Source: Halomicrobium mukohataei DSM 12286
Lineage (GTDB): Archaea; Halobacteriota; Halobacteria; Halobacteriales; Haloarculaceae
DNA: 32,000 bases
Assembly: GCF_000023965.1 (NCBI RefSeq)
Contig: NC_013202.1
Location: 990,001-1,022,000, forward strand
Reading direction: 5' to 3'
Positions 7,768 to 14,185 of the stretch are shown here, piece after piece (position 1 is the stretch's first letter; every line of letters starts with the position of its first letter). A model generated the notes under the pieces. That model saw only the letters and a list, made by a program, of their open reading frames with translations, had not been told where the DNA came from and did no database searches. The position numbers were made by a program, and so were the translations under genes.

Positions 7768-8438
7768 TCCTGGCCGTGACGGGCGGCAAGGGCGGCGTCG
7801 GGAAGTCGACGGTCGCGTACAACCTCGCCGCCAACCTCGACGCCGTCGTCGTCGACGGCGACCTCGGGATGGCAGACCTGCCCGCCGACCACGGGCCGGA
7901 TCTGCACGACGTACTCGCCGGACGTGCGGATTCCGTTGAGGCCGTCAGAGAGGGGCCGCCGGTCTCGATCCTGCCGTGTGGACGCAGTCTGGCCGGCGCT
8001 CGTGCCGGCGATCCCACGGCGCTCGTCTCCGCGATCGAAGCCGTCGAGCGCGCCTACGGCGACGTGGTCGTCGACTCTCCGGCGGGGTTGCGAGCCGATG
8101 TCGGTCTCCCGCTGTACGTCGCCGACGCGTGTGTGCTGGTGACCACCCCGTCCGAATCGGCCGTTACGGACGCGGTCCGGGTTCGTGAACTGGCACGGGA
8201 ACTCGACGCCGGCCTGGCACGCGTCGTCCTCAACCGCGCGGACGACGGCGCGAACCCCGACCCCGTCGCGGCGACGCTCGGCGCGCCGGTGACCACGGTG
8301 CCCGACGACGCAGTCGTCGCGGACGCACAGGCCGCTGGCCAGCCGGTCTGTCGGGCGTCGCCGGGAACGCCCGCCTGCCAGGCGTTTCGATCGCTCGCCG
8401 ACGCCGTCGAACGGGTCTGTCGCGGCCACCGCCCGTAG
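7764..8438 (+). CDS. MinD/ParA-family P-loop ATPase
   Basis: MILAVTGGKGGVGKSTVAYNLA carries the deviant Walker A KGGxGKS. Walker B VVVDSPAG. 224 aa. Confidence 0.85.
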   Translation: MILAVTGGKGGVGKSTVAYNLAANLDAVVVDGDLGMADLPADHGPDLHDVLAGRADSVEAVREGPPVSILPCGRSLAGARAGDPTALVSAIEAVERAYGDVVVDSPAGLRADVGLPLYVADACVLVTTPSESAVTDAVRVRELARELDAGLARVVLNRADDGANPDPVAATLGAPVTTVPDDAVVADAQAAGQPVCRASPGTPACQAFRSLADAVERVCRGHRP

Positions 8439-8457
8439 CTGCTGTTCTGTGCCGTTT

Positions 8458-8477
8458 GTCGCCGACCGTCCGTATCA
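8458..8477 (-). repeat. Solo terminal segment of the 81-bp palindromic repeat, overlapping the tfb stop codon
   Basis: The minus strand reads TGATACGGACGGTCGGCGAC. 15 of the first 18 nt after TG match the left arm ATACGGACGGTTGTCGTC. The TGA is the tfb stop (8475-8477). Confidence 0.4.
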
Positions 8478-9335
8478 GTCCTGGAGGGCCTGATACGTCG
8501 ACCGAAGCGTCACCGGACTCACGTCTGCGACGGCGGCCGCCCGAGCCTGCGTCAGCTCGTAGTCCGCCTCTCGGGCGGCGGTGTAGAGACACGCGGCGGC
8601 GACGCCACCGGGGTTCTTGCCTGCGATCAGATTGCGCTCTGCTGCCAGATCAGCCAGTGCCGTCGCTCGCCGTTCGATCTCGTGGGGAACGTCGAGCTCG
8701 CTCGCGAAACGCGGGAGATACTCGCGCGGATCGATCGGACCCGTCGGCAGTCCCAGCTCGCGGTTGATCGCGTCGTAGGCGACTCGTAGCTCGCCGGTGC
8801 TGGCCTGAGCGTCGGCGGCGACCTCCTCGACGGTCCGTGCGATCTCGCTCGTGCGACAGGTCGCGTACACCGCTGCGGCCGCGAACCCCTCGATCGACCG
8901 TCCCACCAGGAGATCGGCCTCCTGTGCGGACTCGAAGAGGACACAGGCCCGATCTCGAATCGTCGACGAGAGGTCGAGCCGACTCACGAGCCGCCGAATC
9001 TCGATGAAGCCGATGCGCTGGTTCCGATCGCGCTTCGAGCCCGTCTGGGCGCGGCTGTGCTCCCGACGGAGGCGCGCCATCTGGCGGCGCTTGCGGCCCT
9101 TGAGCCGGGTCGATCGTCCGATCTCAGTCGAGAGCCCGCGGTCGTGGCGCGAGCGGGTCAGCGGCGCGCCGGTGCGTGCCTTCTGCTCTCCGTCGTCCTC
9201 GAACGACCGCCACTCGGGGCCGCGGTCGAGCTGATCCTCGTCGACGACGAGGCCACACTGGGTACACACTGCTTCGCGTGCCGATGCGTCGATCGCGCCG
9301 TCACACTCCGGACATCGCTGTGCCGTTTGACTCAT
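8475..9335 (-). CDS. tfb: Transcription initiation factor TFB (TFIIB homologue)
   Basis: 286 aa. N-terminal Zn ribbon CPECDG...CTQCG, then EWRSF and the RxKGRxR linker, then two cyclin-fold repeats. Confidence 0.9.
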   Translation of the reverse strand: MSQTAQRCPECDGAIDASAREAVCTQCGLVVDEDQLDRGPEWRSFEDDGEQKARTGAPLTRSRHDRGLSTEIGRSTRLKGRKRRQMARLRREHSRAQTGSKRDRNQRIGFIEIRRLVSRLDLSSTIRDRACVLFESAQEADLLVGRSIEGFAAAAVYATCRTSEIARTVEEVAADAQASTGELRVAYDAINRELGLPTGPIDPREYLPRFASELDVPHEIERRATALADLAAERNLIAGKNPGGVAAACLYTAAREADYELTQARAAAVADVSPVTLRSTYQALQD

Positions 9336-9361
9336 TGTATTTCGAGATTGGTCCGGATGGA

Positions 9362-9371
9362 ATATTTAAAA
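9362..9371 (-). promoter_or_regulatory. TATA box for tfb (TTTTAAATAT on the minus strand)
   Basis: 27-36 nt upstream of the tfb ATG (9335). Confidence 0.5.
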
Positions 9372-9411
9372 CCGGGTCGTTCGGCCGGTGATCGGAGGTT
9401 TTTCGAGAATT

Positions 9412-9436
9412 TTACCGACCGGTAACCGGTAGGTAA
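9412..9436. promoter_or_regulatory. 25-bp imperfect palindrome TTACCGACCGGTAACCGGTAGGTAA in the tfb/9529 divergent promoter
   Basis: The reverse complement differs at 3 positions. Contains two ACCGGT cores. CCGGTGATCG at 9385-9394 recurs in the repeat at 10058-10067. Confidence 0.4.
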
Positions 9437-9497
9437 CACGTCAGTGTGGCCGGTCGAACCCGTCACCGACCAGCGCCGGCTTTCGACGTTCAATGGG

Positions 9498-9504
9498 TTT
9501 AAAT
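9498..9504 (+). promoter_or_regulatory. TATA box (TTTAAAT) for the 9529 gene
   Basis: 25-31 nt upstream of the ATG at 9529. This argues against the longer ORF start at 9493. Confidence 0.5.
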
Positions 9505-9528
9505 TACGTGAGAGATGAACTGATGGTA

Positions 9529-10035
9529 ATGACCCTCTCCGAGATCGCGGCCGGGATCGAGGTGACTGCCACCCAGCGCCAGCACGGCGTGGCGTCGGTC
9601 GATCGAACGGAGGGAACGCTGGCGGAACGCCTCGACGGCGTCGGGACCCGGCTCCCCTGTGATCCCGAGCGGGCGGCGACGCTGGTCGAGGCCTACGCGG
9701 CGGGCGAGAGCGTCGGTGACGCCGGTCGGGCGGCGGGACTCACACCGCTTACGGCAGCCAAGACGCTCCACCTGTGTGGCGAACACGTCTGTCCGCTCAG
9801 CCCGCGCCAGCGCGACGTGCTCGACGACTGGCTATCGGGCGACCTCGCTCGCAGCGAGGCGGTCGCACTCACCGGCGCGAGCGAACGCGAGTTCGCGCTG
9901 GCGACGTACGTCGCAACGCACGAACCGATCGCCGACGCACGCGAAGCGCTCGAAGGCGCGCTGACAGACGGTCGAGGGACCGACCGACAGGCGTCGCTGG
10001 GCGACGCCGTCGAGCAGCCGTCGGATCTGCTCTGA
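9529..10035 (+). CDS. Conserved hypothetical protein with two HTH-like segments
   Basis: MTLSEIAAGIEV... (168 aa). Candidate HTHs are SVGDAGRAAGLTPLTAAKTLH and ARSEAVALTGASEREFALATY. The stop TGA (10033-10035) overlaps the first base of a palindromic repeat. Confidence 0.6.
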   Translation: MTLSEIAAGIEVTATQRQHGVASVDRTEGTLAERLDGVGTRLPCDPERAATLVEAYAAGESVGDAGRAAGLTPLTAAKTLHLCGEHVCPLSPRQRDVLDDWLSGDLARSEAVALTGASEREFALATYVATHEPIADAREALEGALTDGRGTDRQASLGDAVEQPSDLL

Positions 10036-10115
10036 TACGGTTTATTGTAGTTGCTTACCGGTGATCGTCGCCACGGAGTAGACGATCACCGGTAAATCGC
10101 TACAATAATCCGTAT
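10035..10115. repeat. 81-bp imperfect palindromic repeat, copy A (inverted relative to copies B and C)
   Basis: Arms ATACGGTTTATTGTAGTTGCTTACCGGTGATCGTC and GACGATCACCGGTAAATCGCTACAATAATCCGTAT pair at 30 of 35 positions. The 11-nt loop GCCACGGAGTA is the reverse complement of TACTCCGTGGC, which is close to the copy B loop. Confidence 0.85.
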
Positions 10116-10161
10116 GAGACGGGGGAGACGCTCACCGGTACGTCGCTACAACTGTCCGTAT
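10116..10161. repeat. Half copy (loop plus one 35-nt arm) of the same repeat, abutting copy A
   Basis: GAGACGGGGGA + GACGCTCACCGGTACGTCGCTACAACTGTCCGTAT. The arm closely matches the right arm of copy B. Confidence 0.7.
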
Positions 10162-10228
10162 GCGGCCGTGGCCGTCACCGTCGTCTCATCCCCGGTTACG
10201 GTTCGACACGGCGGGCCAGCCAGCGGTG

Positions 10229-10942
10229 TCACCTCAGCAGACCCTCTTCTGGGAAGTCGAGATCGAGCGAGCAGCGACACAGGGCTTCGGTCATCGCCGC
10301 GACAGCGGGTGCGAACTCCGTGTCGGGATCGATCGCGGTCGGCTCCGTCGCGCCACGTTCGGCGGTCGGGAGCTCGTAGTCCGCCGACAGCGCTGCCTCG
10401 CCGTCGGCGAACGTCCCGACCACCGCGTCGGCGTCGAATCCCAGGTCGACGAGCCGCCCGCGCATCCGGGGCAGGTGGTCGTTGCCGCGCCGGGTCGCCG
10501 GTGCGACGAGCGCTCGTCGATCGGCCCCTCGGACCGCTGCGACGGCCTGGTTGTCCGCGATCGGGGGCACGTCCAGCAACACGTGGTCGTACCGTCCCGC
10601 GGCGTGGTCGATACACGTCTCCAGTCGCTGTGCCGCGTCGACCGTCTTTGCGCGTGCGAGTCGCTCGAACGGTGCGTGGGCGGGATACAGTGCCACCTCG
10701 CCGTCCAGCTCGGGCCACCCCGGAACGGCGGCCTCCGAGAAGCCGGTCTCGTCGACCAGGACCGCCGTGAGATCGGGGTCCAGTCGCCCCTCGACGTAGG
10801 TCGACAGTCCCTGTGTGTCGAGCGCGGCGTCGAGGACGGCGACCGAGTTGCCGTCCCGCGCCAGGGTCGCCGCGGTCTCGACGACGGTGCGTGTCGTGCC
10901 GACGCCGCCAGCGACGCCGACGAACGCGAGCGTGTCTGCCAT
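10229..10942 (-). CDS. ParA/MinD-fold protein with a degenerate Walker A (both lysines lost)
   Basis: 237 aa. The N-terminus LAFVGVAGGVGTTRT aligns to xKGGxGKT with K>A and K>T. The Walker-B-like HVLLDVPP is retained. Confidence 0.7.
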   Translation of the reverse strand: MADTLAFVGVAGGVGTTRTVVETAATLARDGNSVAVLDAALDTQGLSTYVEGRLDPDLTAVLVDETGFSEAAVPGWPELDGEVALYPAHAPFERLARAKTVDAAQRLETCIDHAAGRYDHVLLDVPPIADNQAVAAVRGADRRALVAPATRRGNDHLPRMRGRLVDLGFDADAVVGTFADGEAALSADYELPTAERGATEPTAIDPDTEFAPAVAAMTEALCRCSLDLDFPEEGLLR

Positions 10943-10967
10943 CGTAATCTTCGGTCACTCGCCACAG

Positions 10968-10977
10968 AATAAAAAGG
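10968..10977 (-). promoter_or_regulatory. CCTTTTTATT (minus strand): T-rich terminator for the HIT gene and TATA-like box for the ParA-like gene
   Basis: 13-22 nt after the HIT stop (10990) and 26-35 nt before the ATG at 10942. Confidence 0.45.
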
Positions 10978-10989
10978 ACCGGACTCCGG

Positions 10990-11409
10990 TTACGGCTCGA
11001 TCGCGGCTTCGATCTCGTCGAGTTCGTCGTCCGAGAGGTCGGGCCGGGACCCGAACATCGCGTGGATCGGACCGCCGCCGTCGCCCTCGAAGCGGGGGAC
11101 GACGTGGGCGTGGACGTGGGGGACCTCCTGACCGGCGTCCTCGCCGTTGTTGAAGGCGACCGTCGTGGCCGGTGCGTCGACGGCGGCCTCGACGGCCGGG
11201 ACCACCTCGTGAAGCGCACTGTACAGGCCCGTCGCTTCCTCGGCCGGCACGTCGTCGAGACGCTCGTGGTGACTCTTCGGGATCACGAGCGTGTGGCCGC
11301 GAGCCAGCGGGTTCGCGTCGAGGAACGCGACGGCGTCGTCGGTCTCGTGGACGATTCGGCCGGGGATGTCGCCGTCGACGATCGAACAGAAGATGCAGTC
11401 CTCGCTCAT
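10990..11409 (-). CDS. HIT (histidine triad) family nucleotide hydrolase
   Basis: 139 aa from MSEDCIFCSIVDG. Histidine triad HVHAHVV. The longer ORF up to 12039 is Arg-rich junk. Confidence 0.9.
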   Translation of the reverse strand: MSEDCIFCSIVDGDIPGRIVHETDDAVAFLDANPLARGHTLVIPKSHHERLDDVPAEEATGLYSALHEVVPAVEAAVDAPATTVAFNNGEDAGQEVPHVHAHVVPRFEGDGGGPIHAMFGSRPDLSDDELDEIEAAIEP

Positions 11410-11523
11410 ACTCTCCCGTGCGTCCGGCGACCAAATCAAAGTTCGCCACTCGTCCGTCGGTGCCCGCGACGCTCGACCGCGGATATCGACCGGTTCACGT
11501 TCTCCGCCGTCCACGTCTGAGCC

Positions 11524-11904
11524 ATGCCGACGTTCACAGTCGAGACGGACCGCCGCTGTCAGGCCGTCGACGTGACCGAACGGGTCGAGTCGGCGCTGCC
11601 CGCCGATGCAAACGGAACTGCGACGATCTTCGTCCAACACACGACGGCCGGCGTCGCCGTCAACGAGGTGGAGTCTCGCTTGCTCGGTGACTTCGAGTCG
11701 ATGCTGACCGATCTCGTGCCCGACGACGGGTGGGACCACGACCGACTCGACGGCAACGCCGACGCCCACCTTCGGACGCTGCTGCTCGGACCGGGCGAGA
11801 CCGTTCCGGTCGACGAGGGTGCCCTCTCGCTCGGGACCTGGCAGTCCGTGTTGCTCGTGGAGTGTGACGGTCCACGACGGCGGACGGTGACGGTTCGAGC
11901 GTGA
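11524..11904 (+). CDS. YjbQ/UPF0047 family protein (secondary thiamine-phosphate synthase-like)
   Basis: 126 aa. QHTTAGVAVNE and DGNADAHLR motifs. Confidence 0.85.
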   Translation: MPTFTVETDRRCQAVDVTERVESALPADANGTATIFVQHTTAGVAVNEVESRLLGDFESMLTDLVPDDGWDHDRLDGNADAHLRTLLLGPGETVPVDEGALSLGTWQSVLLVECDGPRRRTVTVRA

Positions 11905-12029
11905 CGACCGATCGTCCGATACGCTCCGGTCGCTTCTCAGACGGCGTATAAACCCTTCGCCGATGCTTGCCGGCGCGCGGTCGACGACCCGGTATAAAGG
12001 TGTCCGGCTGTCATCGATTACGTACCACG

Positions 12030-13271
12030 ATGGTTCCACTAGACGACCCCTCCCGACCGACGCGTCGCTCGGTTCTCCGCCGCGGCGCGACGGCCGTCGC
12101 GATCGGTCTGACGACCGGACTCAGCGGCTGTACTGGAAGCTTGCCACCGCTGAGCAGCAAACCGAGGTACGGCCGCGTCGACGTTCCGGACGCCGGTCCG
12201 CCGAAGTACCGCCGCTGGCTCCCCGCGGGGTGGGACAGCGAAACGGACGAAGACTGGGTCATCACCTACGCCGAGCCCGGTCCGTTCGAGGGCCCCGTCC
12301 CCGAGGAGTTCGTCGCCAGGCGGGGGTTCCACAAGCTGGAGCTCGACTACTTCGGCATCGGCTACGAGAACTACGACAGCCTCACGATCACGAACCTCGC
12401 CACGGTGATCGAGGCCGAGTTCACCGCCGACGATGTCGCCGCCACGCTCGCGGACACCGGCTACGAACCCGACGGATCGTATCGCAGCTACGACGTGTAC
12501 TCCCGTTCGGACGTACGCAGACGGGCTGCAGTACGAGACGGCGTCGTCGTCTGGGCAAGCGCAAACGAGCACAACGCCCCGGATATCGAGGGGACGATCG
12601 ACGCCGGACACGGCCACACGGAACGGTATCACGAGCAAAACGACGCGTTCGAGGCGGTCACCGACGCGGCCGGTGCGAGCAGAATGTTGTACATCGGCGG
12701 CTCGCATCCCGGACTCAACCCTGAAATTGCCGAACTCGGTGCCGACGCGTTTCGGATCGACGACGGTGTCGCCTACCACCTGCTGATCGAACGGTACGAA
12801 TCCGCCGCTGACAATTCCGCAGACAGGACAAAAAGCGCCCTCGAACAACAGCGACACGAACTCACCAAGGAGGCACGAACCGTCGATGTCGAGGCCGACG
12901 GCCGATTCGCGACGGTCTCCGCCCGGGTGCCGACCCGGCCGAACCGCGAGCGCGATCCGATCGACGATCCGCCACAGGTCACCTGGGGCGGAAACTTCGA
13001 TCCCGCGGCTCGAACCGTCACGCTTCGTCACGAGGCCGGCGAGTCGGCTGATTCAGATCTGATCTGCTACGACATCGACACGCCAGAGGACGGGGGAGAG
13101 GTCGAGAAGAAACCGCTCTGGCCCGACCAGAAGACGGTGAGTACAGGTGACGAGACGACCATCGACCTGAGCGACGAGCCTACCGCAGACGGGATCAGAG
13201 TGGTGTACGGACCGGCGGACGACGTTGGCTTCCGGATGCTATTCTCTCTGCCACTGGAGGACGAGCGATGA
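12030..13271 (+). CDS. Tat-exported lipoprotein, unknown function
   Basis: ATG at 12030, preceded by GTATAAAG at 11992-11999. Twin-arginine signal PTRRSVLRRGATAVAIGL and lipobox LSGC. 413 aa, acidic. Confidence 0.7.
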   Translation: MVPLDDPSRPTRRSVLRRGATAVAIGLTTGLSGCTGSLPPLSSKPRYGRVDVPDAGPPKYRRWLPAGWDSETDEDWVITYAEPGPFEGPVPEEFVARRGFHKLELDYFGIGYENYDSLTITNLATVIEAEFTADDVAATLADTGYEPDGSYRSYDVYSRSDVRRRAAVRDGVVVWASANEHNAPDIEGTIDAGHGHTERYHEQNDAFEAVTDAAGASRMLYIGGSHPGLNPEIAELGADAFRIDDGVAYHLLIERYESAADNSADRTKSALEQQRHELTKEARTVDVEADGRFATVSARVPTRPNRERDPIDDPPQVTWGGNFDPAARTVTLRHEAGESADSDLICYDIDTPEDGGEVEKKPLWPDQKTVSTGDETTIDLSDEPTADGIRVVYGPADDVGFRMLFSLPLEDER

Positions 13272-13351
13272 CAGTCGCGATCGCGTCTCGTCTCACACCT
13301 TCCCAGACGACACGACCTCGGACGGCCGAGAGGAAACTATTTGTTCCACGT

Positions 13352-13711
13352 ATGTCAGACAACGCTGTGAGCGAGGAGCCAGACGTTGCCGATGTCGTCG
13401 GCCTGCTCGACGACGAGCACGTTCGGTCGATCCTCGTCGCGACGAGTGCGGAACCGCTGTCGGCGAAGGAACTGGGAGAGCACTGCGACCTCTCGGTGTC
13501 GTCGATCTACCGCCGGGTCGACGAGCTCTGTGACTGTGCCCTCCTCGCCGAGCGAACGCGACCGCGCCGCGACGGCCACCACGAGACGGTGTACGTCTCG
13601 ACGCTCGACCGGTTCGAGCTGACGATCCGCGACGGCGAACTGGACTGGACGATCGATCGGACGGAGAGCGACCCGGCCGACGAGCTCTCGCGGATGTGGG
13701 GACAGCTCTGA
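13352..13711 (+). CDS. ArsR-like winged-helix transcription regulator
   Basis: MSDNAVSEEPDVADVVGLLDDEHVRSILVATSAEPLSAKELGEHCDLSVSSIYRRVDEL. The upstream extension to 13268 uses non-GC3 codons and is basic. Confidence 0.7.
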   Translation: MSDNAVSEEPDVADVVGLLDDEHVRSILVATSAEPLSAKELGEHCDLSVSSIYRRVDELCDCALLAERTRPRRDGHHETVYVSTLDRFELTIRDGELDWTIDRTESDPADELSRMWGQL

Positions 13712-13712
13712 A

Positions 13713-14060
13713 ATGAACGTCTTCAGCGCGCTCACCGACTTCACCGGCGTCGTCGGCCTCGCTGCCGGAGCGGCGGCGACCGGCTCCGCCCTCGTTGGCC
13801 TCTACATCGGCGGCCAGGCCTATCGCGGGCTCCGACGCAACGACGACCCCTCGATGCGGTATCTCTCGATCGGGATGATCCTGCTCTTCGGCGTGACGTA
13901 CGTCCTGGCGCTGGCTGGACAGGGGCTCCTCACGTTCCGCATCGTCTCGATTCGCTACCAGAACGTGTTCCGGCTGATCGTCCGTCTCCTCCAGTTCGGC
14001 GGGCTCCTCCTGATCGCCTACTCCCTGCGTATCGCGACCGACGCTCGAACTGAGAACTGA
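13713..14060 (+). CDS. Small multi-pass membrane protein paired with the wHTH regulator
   Basis: 115 aa, 3-4 hydrophobic helices. The ATG is 1 nt after the upstream TGA. Confidence 0.65.
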   Translation: MNVFSALTDFTGVVGLAAGAAATGSALVGLYIGGQAYRGLRRNDDPSMRYLSIGMILLFGVTYVLALAGQGLLTFRIVSIRYQNVFRLIVRLLQFGGLLLIAYSLRIATDARTEN

Positions 14061-14132
14061 TAGCTGCTCGCCCCGCTGGCGCTTCCGCCGGTCGTGATCC
14101 GTCTTCTCGGTGCAGTGTGACCGTTTCCCCGG

Positions 14133-14158
14133 TCGACCGCACGCAGTCGTGCGGTCGA
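14133..14158. terminator. Perfect 10-bp hairpin between convergent genes
   Basis: TCGACCGCAC-gcagtc-GTGCGGTCGA, between the stop at 14060 (+) and the ileS stop at 14186 (-). Confidence 0.35.
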
Positions 14159-14185
14159 TCCGGAACAGATCTACAATACTCCGTC

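Noticed and set aside
9493-9528. Longer start (MGLNYVRDELMV) for the HTH protein
   Set aside because: The codons overlap the TTTAAAT TATA box at 9498-9504. The ATG at 9529 has the expected leaderless spacing.
11410-12039. N-terminal extension of the HIT ORF to 349 aa
   Set aside because: The extension is Arg-rich, overlaps the yjbQ gene on the opposite strand, and HIT proteins are about 140 aa. The ATG at 11409 gives the canonical MSEDCIFC N-terminus.
13268-13351. Longer start for the wHTH regulator, with an ATGA overlap onto the lipoprotein stop
   Set aside because: The 28 extra codons are basic and use many A/T-ending codons (aca, tct, cgt, cct, cga, aaa, cta, ttt, gtt, cca), unlike the coding sequence from 13352 onward.
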